From positions 20,825 through 84,824 of the forward strand of contig CAYTCI010000007.1 in assembly GCA_964436305.1 (NCBI GenBank): a stretch of 64,000 nt of DNA, written 5' to 3'. A model generated the notes under the pieces. That model saw only the letters and a list, made by a program, of their open reading frames with translations, did no database searches and was not told the DNA's origin. Positions 48,000 through 57,361 of this stretch are shown in pieces. Made by a program: the position numbers and the translations under genes. Every line of letters starts with the position of its first letter. Position 1 is the first letter of the stretch. This DNA is from an uncultured Cytophagia bacterium. Lineage in GTDB: Bacteria > Zhuqueibacterota > Zhuqueibacteria > Residuimicrobiales > Residuimicrobiaceae.

Positions 48000-48812
48000 T
48001 CAAAGTCGGACCTTGCGTGCGCTCGCGGGAATTCTGGTTTTTATCTCTTTGGCGGAATACTTTTTGTTGATGCGGATCGCTTCATAATGCAGCACCACGG
48101 CTTCGCGTTCGGCCGGCCGCTCCACGCGGATCGTCTGCGGAACAAAGACCCCATTGATGCGTTTGAAGTGATCGTACTTTTGCCGCAGAAGAATCTGCCC
48201 GCTGCTGTCGCTCACCGACCCCTCGAGAATGACCCCGCGCTTGGGATCGATCCAGTAGGTATGCAGCCCGAGCGGGCCGGTGCCGGAGAGGATCAACCGG
48301 TCTTGCCCGCGGTTGAGCGCGATGCTGCTCAAGCCCCTGGCCTGTTCCACCCCGCACAGGGTGGCGAGCAGCGCGTCATAATCGGGAACCTGGCGGAACG
48401 TGCGGCCGGTGAGCAGCGAGTCCACCGCACCCGCGCCGTAGAGATTCTCCATCGGGATATAGAAGCGGTAATTCAGCCGGTCGCAGAACAGCCAGCCAAC
48501 ATCGAGCCCGAAGAGGGCTTCGAGGCGCAGATAGAGCGTATCGGGGCGATCGATGAGCAGGTGGGCCGTCAGGGAGAACGAACGTCCGGGAATCGCAACC
48601 GAGAGACGTCCCTCCCCCCTGAAATGATCGATCCGGCTGTAATTGTCCGCCAGCACCCGCATCACCCGCTCCGGCGATTCGCTGCCGGCGGGGAAAAGAT
48701 CGGGCTGGCGCATCGTGGCACAGCCGCAGGCCAGCAGGAGCGCGGCCAGGAGAATTCCACCTCGCCAGCGGGCCAGCGCCGCGCCGGTCATGCTCCCGGG
48801 GCGAACAGCCAT
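48000..48812 (-). CDS. DUF4292-like (LolB-like fold) lipoprotein
   Basis: Lipobox LLACGC; beta-rich; follows a TPR lipoprotein as in FCB genomes. Confidence 0.6.
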   Translation of the reverse strand: MAVRPGSMTGAALARWRGGILLAALLLACGCATMRQPDLFPAGSESPERVMRVLADNYSRIDHFRGEGRLSVAIPGRSFSLTAHLLIDRPDTLYLRLEALFGLDVGWLFCDRLNYRFYIPMENLYGAGAVDSLLTGRTFRQVPDYDALLATLCGVEQARGLSSIALNRGQDRLILSGTGPLGLHTYWIDPKRGVILEGSVSDSSGQILLRQKYDHFKRINGVFVPQTIRVERPAEREAVVLHYEAIRINKKYSAKEIKTRIPASARKVRL

Positions 48813-48816
48813 AGGC

Positions 48817-50823
48817 TCAGCGCTTCTCCCCCGGCACCACCAGCTTGTCCAGTTTGAGATGGACTCCCGGCCGTTCCGGCTCGAGCGTCAGGGCCTGCTG
48901 ATAGGCATTGCGGGCGGATTCCGGCTGGTTCAGCTGGCTGAGGATATCGCCAAGATGCTCCCAGACCTCCGCCGATTTATGCTCCAGGGCGACGGCTTTT
49001 TCCACCTTTTCACGCGCGCCGGCCAGATCGCCCTGCTGGAACAGGATCCAGCCGAGGGTATCCCAGTAGGCGCCATTGCCGGGCTCCAGCTCAAGCGCCT
49101 TCTCGGCCATGGTGCGCGCTTCGTCCAGCTGCACCTTGCGCTCGGCGAGATGGTAGGCATAGTTGTTGAGGACGATCGGGCTCTCGGGGTTTTCCTTGAT
49201 CAGGGCCTGATAGAGCCCGGCGGCGCGCTCGGGATCCTGCACCTGATCATAGAGGGCCGCCAGGGCGAGCATGGTCTGCAGGTTATTGCCGTCAAGCTCG
49301 TGCGCCTTTTCCAGGTAGCGGAGGGCCTGATCCCGTTTTCCCATCTGGTTGCTGATGAAGCCGAGATAGTAGTTGATCTCGGGATCCTCGGGGAAAAGCC
49401 CGACGGCGGTCGTGAAATGCTTCTCGGCAGCGCGCAGGCTGTCCATTTGTGCCAGATTGATTCCGGCCAGCACCCAGATCAGGGAGAGGTCCTTGCGCAG
49501 GGCCAGAGCGTTATCAAAGCGCTGCCGGGCCTGGCTGTACTGGTGGCGGACCATATAGAGCCGGCCGAGGGTGATCGGCACCCGCCAGTCCTCGCCATGC
49601 TCCTTTTCCAGCGCCTCACAGGTGGTGATCGCCTGCAGGGTATCCCCCTTCTGGGCCAGGAGGTTGGCAATCTCGATGCGCGCACCGACATAGGTGGAGT
49701 CGTTGGTGGTCAGGGCCTCATAGAGGGCGATGGCCTCAGTCCAGCGCTGGCGCGCGGCATAAAGATCGCGGAGCCGGCGACGGGCATCGAGGAAGAGGGG
49801 ATTGGTCTTGAGGGCGGTCTCGTAGACCTGGATGGCCGCGGCGGTGTCACGCTGGGCGCGGCGCAGGGCGCCGAGCGCCAGATAGCTGCGTTCACTCTGG
49901 GGATGGTCGGTGACGATCTTTTCGAACCATAGTGCGGCCGCCAGGGTGTCCTTCTTCTGGAAGAGGTACTGACCCAGCTGCACCTTGTCGCCCAGATTGG
50001 TCGAATCGCGGCGTACCAGCTCCTGAAACAGGGCAATCGCCTCATCCAGGCGGCCGCTGCGTTCATAGAGCAGCCGCAGCTCGGCTTTGACCTCCTCAAA
50101 GCTGTTCTGGCGATCCAGGGCGCTGCGGTAGAGACGGATGGTTTCGCTCGTATCCTTTTGGGCGGTGCTCAAGGCGCCGAGCGCCAGCCAGGCGCCTTCG
50201 AAATCGGGATCGCTTTTTTGCACATCCTGGTAAATGGCGTTGGCCTGCGCGAAGGCCCGATGCTGGAAAAAAAGATGACCGATGCGCAGGCGGTACTCGG
50301 GATCCGTCAATCCGGCGGCCACCAGGCGGTGGTAGGAGAGCAGCGCCTTGTCGTAGGTTTTGTTGATGATCTGCAGGGTTGTAAGGCTGTAGAGGGTTTC
50401 GAGATTGTCCGGGGTGAGCTTGTCCATCTGCTCATAGACCTGCACCGCCTCGGTGAACAATCGCTGTTTCTCATAATTGGCGGCGAGCAATTCCAGGGCA
50501 TCGCGGTTTTTGGCGTCGCGCTGGAGCGCTTTTTTGGCCATACGGATGCTGGAGTTGAATTCCTCGAGATAAAAATAGTTCTCCGCGAGGGCCAGATAGA
50601 TCCCGGTGGAGGCGGAATCGATCTCGGCCGCCTGATGGTACTCGACCAGGGCGCTCTTGGGATCCCCGAGCACATCCTCGATGGTGCCGTTGATGATATG
50701 GCGCATGGCCTCGCGATTATAGTGGCGCACTTCCGGCGCACGGGTGGCGAGTTCGCGATGGCCGGAGCATCCGAGGATGCCGGCCAGGCTCAGCCAGGCC
50801 ATTAGAGAGGTAAGACGTTTCAT
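48817..50823 (-). CDS. Tetratricopeptide-repeat lipoprotein
   Basis: Lipobox LAGILGC; many TPR helices; LNNYAY.LA, AYWDTLGWI. Confidence 0.9.
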   Translation of the reverse strand: MKRLTSLMAWLSLAGILGCSGHRELATRAPEVRHYNREAMRHIINGTIEDVLGDPKSALVEYHQAAEIDSASTGIYLALAENYFYLEEFNSSIRMAKKALQRDAKNRDALELLAANYEKQRLFTEAVQVYEQMDKLTPDNLETLYSLTTLQIINKTYDKALLSYHRLVAAGLTDPEYRLRIGHLFFQHRAFAQANAIYQDVQKSDPDFEGAWLALGALSTAQKDTSETIRLYRSALDRQNSFEEVKAELRLLYERSGRLDEAIALFQELVRRDSTNLGDKVQLGQYLFQKKDTLAAALWFEKIVTDHPQSERSYLALGALRRAQRDTAAAIQVYETALKTNPLFLDARRRLRDLYAARQRWTEAIALYEALTTNDSTYVGARIEIANLLAQKGDTLQAITTCEALEKEHGEDWRVPITLGRLYMVRHQYSQARQRFDNALALRKDLSLIWVLAGINLAQMDSLRAAEKHFTTAVGLFPEDPEINYYLGFISNQMGKRDQALRYLEKAHELDGNNLQTMLALAALYDQVQDPERAAGLYQALIKENPESPIVLNNYAYHLAERKVQLDEARTMAEKALELEPGNGAYWDTLGWILFQQGDLAGAREKVEKAVALEHKSAEVWEHLGDILSQLNQPESARNAYQQALTLEPERPGVHLKLDKLVVPGEKR

Positions 50824-50851
50824 TTTCAGACCGCAATTAAATTAAAAATAA

Positions 50852-50880
50852 AATTTAACGCTATTCCGCCTCATTCACAA
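50852..50880 (-). promoter_or_regulatory. sigma70 promoter TTGTGA-N17-TAAATT
   Basis: Motif match in AT-rich DNA upstream of the TPR-lipid A operon. Confidence 0.55.
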
Positions 50881-50901
50881 GAGAAAAATCCGGCGCCACC
50901 C

Positions 50902-51804
50902 TCACGCCGATGGCGCGCTGCCGGCCGGGCTGCCGCTGCGCTCCCCAAGCAGGGTGAGGGCGACCCCGGCCAGGATGATCAGGCCTCCGGTCAGGGTCTG
51001 GCCGCCGATCTTTTCATGCAAAATGAAAAAGGCCAAAATCGTTGCCCCAAGCGGTTCGGCCAGCGTCAGGATCGAGACGGTCGTTGCCGAATAGTGTTTG
51101 AGCGCCCAGTTGAGGCTGGTATGCCCGATCACCTGGGGCAGCAAGGCAATGGCAACCAGCAAAAGCCCGGTGCGCAGGGTGAATCCCGTCATCGGGGCGC
51201 CGCTGCCCAGGGTAGCGGCCAGGGCGACGACCGCCGCCACGCTGTAGACCAGGCCGACGTAAGGAACCGTGTCCACCTCACTGCGCAGTTTGCGGCCGAT
51301 CAGATAATAGCCAGCCGCGCCGAGGGCGCCGGTCAGGGCGAGCAGGTTGCCGGCCATACGGACCTCCCCGTTGCGGCCGGCTTCGAGGGTGATGACCACA
51401 CCGCCAGCCAGCGCCAGGATCATGCCAATGGCGGTCCGCCGTGAGGGCCGTTCATGTAAAAATAACCAGCTGCCGATGACGACAAAGACCGGAAAGGTTT
51501 GCACCAGGATCACCGAGACGGCGACCGAGGTATAGCGCAGGGAGGAGATCCAGGAGAGAAAATGAATGCCGAGGAAGAGGCCCGACAGAAAGGCCCAGCG
51601 TCGCCCGGCTGGCGAGAAGGCGCCCCAGACCGGCCGGCGGCGCAGGCCGGCGATCAGCAGGTAGATCAGGGCGGCGATGAGCAAACGGTAGCTGCTGATC
51701 GTGAAGGGCGGAGCCGGGCAGAGTTTGATCAGCACCGAGGCCAGCGAGATCGAAATCAGGCCCGCGCCGAGGACCACCAGCCGCAGCCGGTCAGACATGA
51801 CCAT
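50902..51804 (-). CDS. DMT/EamA-family transporter
   Basis: ~10 TM, YRLL, W..SL.YTSV, GHTSLNWAL, EP..A..LA. Confidence 0.9.
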   Translation of the reverse strand: MVMSDRLRLVVLGAGLISISLASVLIKLCPAPPFTISSYRLLIAALIYLLIAGLRRRPVWGAFSPAGRRWAFLSGLFLGIHFLSWISSLRYTSVAVSVILVQTFPVFVVIGSWLFLHERPSRRTAIGMILALAGGVVITLEAGRNGEVRMAGNLLALTGALGAAGYYLIGRKLRSEVDTVPYVGLVYSVAAVVALAATLGSGAPMTGFTLRTGLLLVAIALLPQVIGHTSLNWALKHYSATTVSILTLAEPLGATILAFFILHEKIGGQTLTGGLIILAGVALTLLGERSGSPAGSAPSA

Positions 51805-51813
51805 TCCATCCCA

Positions 51814-52446
51814 TCATGAAGCCTTGCGCCGGCCTAGCCGGTTTTCCGTGCCCTTGAGCAGCCGGCCGATATTGGCCCGATGGGTATAGAGGATTAGTCC
51901 CGCGGCAAAAAAGCCAAAGAGGTAAAAGGGCAGTGGCACCTCCTGGTGCAGGCGGTAGCGGAAAAGAGTGAGAATCAGCGGAAAGGCGATCGCCGCCGTG
52001 ATGGAGCTGAGGGAGACATAGCGGGTTGTCAAGAGGACGAGGGCGAAAATCAGGATGCAATAGAGCGCAGCCTGGGGAAAGAGCGCCAGCAGCATGCCGG
52101 CCGCCGTGCCCACCCCTTTGCCGCCGCGAAAGCCGGCAAAGATCGTCCAGATGTGCCCCAGCACTGCCGCGCAGCCCGCCCCCAGCTGCAAGAGATGAAA
52201 CTGGGGGTGACCGGCCGCAAACCAGTACGGCAGCGCATAGGCGGCGACGAAACCCTTGAGGACATCGACCAGGGTGACAAAGAGTCCCGGCTGCCAGCCC
52301 AGCACCCGGAAAACGTTGGTCCCGCCGGCATTGCCCGATCCATGCTCACGGATATCGATTCCGCGCAGCACTTTACCAACGATGATACTGGTGGGGAAGG
52401 ATCCGGTCAGATAGGCCAGAACCAGAACAACCAATGCAACGAGCAT
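51814..52446 (-). CDS. plsY: Glycerol-3-phosphate acyltransferase (acyl-phosphate type)
   Basis: YLTGSFP, GSGNAGGTN, DVLKG, GH, FRGGKGVGT, YVSLSSI, HRANI.RL. Confidence 0.95.
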   Translation of the reverse strand: MLVALVVLVLAYLTGSFPTSIIVGKVLRGIDIREHGSGNAGGTNVFRVLGWQPGLFVTLVDVLKGFVAAYALPYWFAAGHPQFHLLQLGAGCAAVLGHIWTIFAGFRGGKGVGTAAGMLLALFPQAALYCILIFALVLLTTRYVSLSSITAAIAFPLILTLFRYRLHQEVPLPFYLFGFFAAGLILYTHRANIGRLLKGTENRLGRRKAS

Positions 52447-52474
52447 AGCACTTCTTTCTCCCGATAGGGGTCGG

Positions 52475-54289
52475 TTAGTCAGGCAGGGGATCGCCGAGTA
52501 CGGCGATGGCCGCCGCGCCGACGCCGGCATGCAAGCCCAGTGCCGGGGAAGCATCGAGCACGGGAATCTCGATCCCGGCGAATTCCTGCTCGATCGCAAG
52601 GCGCATCGACTCGCCCAGATTTTGCGCCAGCATATGGACGATGATGAAACGCGGATTGAGAACCCGCCGGGCATAGTGCTTCGCCAGCTCCACGGCCTTC
52701 TCCGCGATCCGTTTGCGGCCGATCACCTTGGCGACCTCCACCACCCGGCCTTCGCTGTTCAGCGAGATCAGCGGCTTGATCTGCAGCAAGGTGCCGATAA
52801 ATCCCTGGCTCTTGCGGACGCGTCCGCTGCGAACCAGATACTTCAGGGTGGGGATGGCAACGAAGAAGCGCACCCGCTGTGCCACCTCCTCGATCTTGTC
52901 CCTGATCTCCGTCAGCGGCAGCCCCGATTCGATCATCCGGGCCGCCTCATGCACGATCAGCCCCAGTCCGGCGGAGGTCGAGCGGCTGTTGACCACGGCG
53001 ATCTCCACCGCATCACCCAGCTCGCGGGCGGCCAGGCGCGCGCCCTGGACAGTTCCACTCAGTGCCTCGGAGAGATGGATGGAGAGAATCGTCTCGTATT
53101 GCTCCGCCAGTTTTTTATAGAGGCTGATGAAACTCGCCACGGGCGGTTGCGAGGTCCGCAGACGTTGCTGGTCGCTCTTCAAATAGTGGTAAAAATCACG
53201 GGCACTGATCTCTTCGCGGTCGCGATAGCTCTCTTCGCCGATATGGATCAGCACCGGCACGAGGTGAATGTGATACTTTTCGATCCATTCAATGGGCAGA
53301 TCGCACGAAGAATCGGTCACCAGCGCCGTTCCGCGCCGCGGCGCCCGGCTGACCGCCTCTTCGTTCTGCTTCTTCATGTCCTCCGCCTTGGTCTGCAGCA
53401 GTGTGCCAAAGACCGCTGCCCGGTCAAAGACCGCCTGGGGATCATTGACATGGATATGGATCCGCACCTTGTGGGCGCCGCCGACCACGATCAGCGAATC
53501 CCCGAGGGGCAGCAGCTGCTCCTGAATGGTGGCGCGATCGAGATTCTCGCCCTGGATGAGGCATTCTGTGCAATAGCGGAAGTGAATCTCCTCATCGTTT
53601 TTGCGAAAATGGAAATGACGAATCTTGTCGGCGACATGGCTGCCGGCCTTGAGCGCGGCGACCTTGCCCGAATCGATGAAATCGCTCAGCCCCTCGAGCA
53701 GATGGACAAAACCCTGCGCGCCGGCATCCACCACGCCGGCTTTGCGCAGCACCTGCAATTTGTTGGGTGTATCCGCCAGCGACTCCCTGGCCCGCGCCAG
53801 CCCTTTCTGCAGGAGGCGGGTAAAATCTTCCTCGCCGATTGCTTGCGATTTAAGATAGTCCGACCAATCCTGCATGACCGTGAGGATCGTCCCCTCGCGA
53901 GGGTTGGCCAGGGCCTCTCTGGCCCGGGTTGCGGCGGTCGTCATCGCCTGAGCGAATTCCGCGGGGGAGAGGCGGTCGCGCCCGCCGGCGCCTTCGGCCA
54001 GGCCCTGAAAAAATTGCGCCAGAATTGCACCCGAGTTGCCGCGCGCACCGGTCATTGCCCCCTCGGCCAGGCAGCGGCAAACCTGCGTCAAAGAGGTCTC
54101 CGGGCAGGATTGGGCACTGGCAATGATGCTCTTCATCGTCAGGGCCATGTTGGTCCCGGTGTCGGCATCGGGTACCGGAAAGACGTTCAGATTATTGAGT
54201 TTTTCCTGCATCTCGATGATCCGGCCGGCAGAGCCGATGATGGCGCGTTTAAGGCGCCCGCCATCGATATAGCGAATCTTGATTTGCAT
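52475..54289 (-). CDS. DAK2 (FakA) - DegV (FakB) fusion, fatty-acid kinase
   Basis: NVFPVPDADTGTNM, GARGNSG, EGTILTV, VVDAGA, YCTEC, IHIH; then TDSSCDL, TSQP, IHLS..LSGT, YLVRSGR, IKP, HAG. Confidence 0.88.
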   Translation of the reverse strand: MQIKIRYIDGGRLKRAIIGSAGRIIEMQEKLNNLNVFPVPDADTGTNMALTMKSIIASAQSCPETSLTQVCRCLAEGAMTGARGNSGAILAQFFQGLAEGAGGRDRLSPAEFAQAMTTAATRAREALANPREGTILTVMQDWSDYLKSQAIGEEDFTRLLQKGLARARESLADTPNKLQVLRKAGVVDAGAQGFVHLLEGLSDFIDSGKVAALKAGSHVADKIRHFHFRKNDEEIHFRYCTECLIQGENLDRATIQEQLLPLGDSLIVVGGAHKVRIHIHVNDPQAVFDRAAVFGTLLQTKAEDMKKQNEEAVSRAPRRGTALVTDSSCDLPIEWIEKYHIHLVPVLIHIGEESYRDREEISARDFYHYLKSDQQRLRTSQPPVASFISLYKKLAEQYETILSIHLSEALSGTVQGARLAARELGDAVEIAVVNSRSTSAGLGLIVHEAARMIESGLPLTEIRDKIEEVAQRVRFFVAIPTLKYLVRSGRVRKSQGFIGTLLQIKPLISLNSEGRVVEVAKVIGRKRIAEKAVELAKHYARRVLNPRFIIVHMLAQNLGESMRLAIEQEFAGIEIPVLDASPALGLHAGVGAAAIAVLGDPLPD

Positions 54290-54320
54290 CGGCTCCACTC
54301 CCGGAAAGGCCTTGCGACTT

Positions 54321-55727
54321 TCAACTGGCCAAGGTGGTTTTGACAACTCCGACACCGGCCGCGCCGGCCGAACTCTCGCTGACATAGTGTGCCGGATATT
54401 CGAAGAGGCTCGCATAGCGCGCCAGCAGATTTTGCAGCCGGTCAATGGCACTCGCGCTGGCCAGGACGACCACCGGAGTCGCCTCACCCTGGGGCATCGC
54501 CCGCGCACCATAAAGCCCGGCCGCCGGCCCCAGCGTGGTCACCGCATTCACCAGCCACTCGGCCTGCGGGCTGGCTGGCGCGCAGCTCCGGCTGTACTGC
54601 AGATGAGAGGCGTTCAACACCCCGCCGAGACGGCTGAAACGCTCCTCCTCCGTGTCGGCGGTCTCCTCCTGGAGGATCTGGACAAAAGCCCGTACCCGTG
54701 CCGTCTCTTCGACGAAAAACTCGAGCACATTACGCGGCAAGTAGCGTTTTTCCGGCTCGATCCAACCACCGGCCTCCCCCGCATGACTCTCCAAGAAGGC
54801 CGCCCCGGCACAACGGTGGGGCACCCGTTTTTTTAGGTGGCGCTGCCATACAGTAACCGGGATCTGTTCCAGGTTAACGCTGGCGGCCGCCGGCAAATTC
54901 CCCTCAGCGAAAAGATCCCGGAGCAGCCGGGCACCGATCTGCAGTGCGGCTTCAACCTCCTGCCGACTTTGCCCATCCTCGATCCGGCGTACGCCCGGAT
55001 CGATGGCTAGCAGCTGCAGGTGCGACGGCAGTGCCAGATTCCCGGTGATCGCGACCGGCCGGCCTTGCAACAGGGCGATCTGTGCAGGTTGCGCAGACAG
55101 CGCGGTGAGGAAATCCTCCTCCGCATCGCGACGCAGCCAGACCGCGCCCTCGACCCGTCCGCCGATGGCCGCCAGTTCCCGGTCGTTCAGGGAGAGGCTC
55201 ATGGCCTCGCGGAGGGCCAGCAGCAGTGCAGTCACCAGGGCTGCCGAGGAACCCACCCCCGCCCCGACCGGCAGCGAGCCCTCCACCGCGATGCTGAGGC
55301 CCGGCAGCGGGCGGCTCTCCGGCTGGACGGCGGCCGTCATTGCCACGGCGGCGAGCAGATAGCCGATCCAGCGTTTGTCGGCCGCAGCAAAATTCGCGCG
55401 CAGGCTGCCCCAATCCTCCCGGCGCGCCAGCTCGAGATAGTCATCAAGCCGGTACTCGATCGTCAGGACACGTTCCCTGACAAAGTTGAGGTTGCGCAGG
55501 ACGACCCGGCGGTCCGTGCGCGGCTGGAGTGCAACGATCACGCCCGCACCGAGCGGATAGTGCAGGGTCATCGCGCCGCATCGCTGGGTCAGATTACCCA
55601 GAACCTCCAGCCGGCCGGGTGCGCGCGCAAGACAAAGCGGCCGGCTCGGTGAAAAAATGCCCCCCAGATTTTTCTGCATCGACCGCTGGAACTGGAGCAG
55701 ATCGGCAGGGAGTACCATTTCAGCCAT
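54321..55727 (-). CDS. GHMP-kinase-family protein (galactokinase/arabinokinase-like), degenerate active site
   Basis: RAPGRLEVLG, LPVGAGVGSSAAL, SHLQYS, GLYGAR; expected D-Y and GGG motifs altered. Confidence 0.7.
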   Translation of the reverse strand: MAEMVLPADLLQFQRSMQKNLGGIFSPSRPLCLARAPGRLEVLGNLTQRCGAMTLHYPLGAGVIVALQPRTDRRVVLRNLNFVRERVLTIEYRLDDYLELARREDWGSLRANFAAADKRWIGYLLAAVAMTAAVQPESRPLPGLSIAVEGSLPVGAGVGSSAALVTALLLALREAMSLSLNDRELAAIGGRVEGAVWLRRDAEEDFLTALSAQPAQIALLQGRPVAITGNLALPSHLQLLAIDPGVRRIEDGQSRQEVEAALQIGARLLRDLFAEGNLPAAASVNLEQIPVTVWQRHLKKRVPHRCAGAAFLESHAGEAGGWIEPEKRYLPRNVLEFFVEETARVRAFVQILQEETADTEEERFSRLGGVLNASHLQYSRSCAPASPQAEWLVNAVTTLGPAAGLYGARAMPQGEATPVVVLASASAIDRLQNLLARYASLFEYPAHYVSESSAGAAGVGVVKTTLAS

Positions 55728-55855
55728 AGCAGGGTTTTGCTCCTATCGGTTGTGCATACTGCGCCGGTCCTGTGGAATCCGGAAACCGGCATCCACGCTG
55801 GACCTGGGGACTGGCCACGGCGGCGGCCAGTGGGCCGGGACAAGGCTCCTCTTTT

Positions 55856-57148
55856 TTAGATTTGGGTGCCATCGTGAAGGATGGCGTTTTTCATGATAAT
55901 GGTGATGCCCTTGCTGATCCAGATGCCTTCACGTTCGCGTTCCGCCTCGCTGATGCCGGCGCTGTTGACGATGCGGACCTCCTTGCCGATACGGGCATTC
56001 TTGTCGATGATGGCGCGGCGGATGACACTGCCCGCTCCTATACCCATCGGTGGCGTCCCGCTGGCCAGGTCGGCGGCACGCTCCTCCGCGGTCTGATAAT
56101 AGTCCGCCCCCATCACCAGGCCATCCTCGATACGGACGCCGGCATCGATATAACTGCGTATACCAATGATCGAATGGCGGATCTCCGCGCCGGTAATGCG
56201 GCAGCCCTCGCAGATCATCGAGTTTTCGATGGTGCTCTCCCGTACCGAAGTGGGCGGCAGAAAACGTGGTCGGGCATAGACCGGCTGCTGGGCATCAAAA
56301 AAATCAAAATTCGGGCGCGGTTGCGCCAGCAATTCCATATTGGCGTGGTAAAAAGACTCGATCGTGCCGATGTCTTCCCAGTAGCCGTTGAAAAGGTAAC
56401 TCTGGATGATCAGCTCATCGACCTTGGAGGGAATGATCTCCTTGCTGAAATCCGCCAGCGCACTCTTCTCCCGCAGCAGCCGGATCAGCACCTCCTTGCG
56501 GAACAGATAAACCCCCATGGAGGCCAGATAGGGGCGCGCGTCCGGGATCTCGCCGGCCAGGCCCGGCGCCCCGCCCGCCATCGACATGCCCTCAAGCTCT
56601 TCCAGGCTCCGCGGCTTTTCGCGAAACTCAACCACCCGGCCCTGGCCCTCGACCCGGACGATGCCAAAACCGGGAGCCGCATCCGCTGCAACTGGCACCA
56701 CCGATATCGTCAGGTCGGCGCCGCTGCGGCGGTGCGCCTCGAGAAAGGGCCCGTAATCCATACCGTAGAGATGGTCCCCGGAAAGCACGAGGATCTCGTC
56801 CACCTTCTGCTCCTCGATGGTGGCCACATATTGCCGTACCGCATCGGCCGTCCCCTGAAACCAGTGGGAATGCTCCGGTGTTTGCTGCGCGGCCAGGATT
56901 TCGACGAAACCGTCACTCAGGAGGGAAAAGTGATAGGTCTGATTGATATGGCGATTGAGAGAGGCGGAATTGAATTGCGTCAGGACGTAGATCGAGCGGA
57001 TGCCGGAGTTGATACAATTGCTCACCGGGATATCGATCAGGCGGTATTTTCCCGCCAGGGGCACCGCCGGCTTGGCGCGCAGCTTGGTCAGAGGGTAAAG
57101 GCGGGTCCCTCTTCCTCCACCAAGAATGATGGCCAGGACTCTTTGCAT
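55856..57148 (-). CDS. glgC: Glucose-1-phosphate adenylyltransferase
   Basis: [69 protein letters not shown]. Confidence 0.96.
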   Translation of the reverse strand: MQRVLAIILGGGRGTRLYPLTKLRAKPAVPLAGKYRLIDIPVSNCINSGIRSIYVLTQFNSASLNRHINQTYHFSLLSDGFVEILAAQQTPEHSHWFQGTADAVRQYVATIEEQKVDEILVLSGDHLYGMDYGPFLEAHRRSGADLTISVVPVAADAAPGFGIVRVEGQGRVVEFREKPRSLEELEGMSMAGGAPGLAGEIPDARPYLASMGVYLFRKEVLIRLLREKSALADFSKEIIPSKVDELIIQSYLFNGYWEDIGTIESFYHANMELLAQPRPNFDFFDAQQPVYARPRFLPPTSVRESTIENSMICEGCRITGAEIRHSIIGIRSYIDAGVRIEDGLVMGADYYQTAEERAADLASGTPPMGIGAGSVIRRAIIDKNARIGKEVRIVNSAGISEAEREREGIWISKGITIIMKNAILHDGTQI

Positions 57149-57197
57149 GATCGACCCTCCAGCCCGAATGACCTCGCGCAGCGGTTAAATTTGGTGT

Positions 57198-57226
57198 AAC
57201 TTACACATTTACCATCTCAATGTCAA
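57198..57226 (-). promoter_or_regulatory. sigma70 promoter TTGACA-N17-TAAGTT
   Basis: Perfect -35 upstream of glgC. Confidence 0.6.
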
Positions 57227-57361
57227 TATCTAGTTGAACCGCGCCAGGGCCGGCAGATGGTTTAAAAAAAGGTTGAATGAATGACAGGTACTCATTATAT
57301 TAGACTTGTAAATAGTGCTCGTCCCGCGCTGCCGGCTACAGCCCTTGAAGGAGTCACCACC

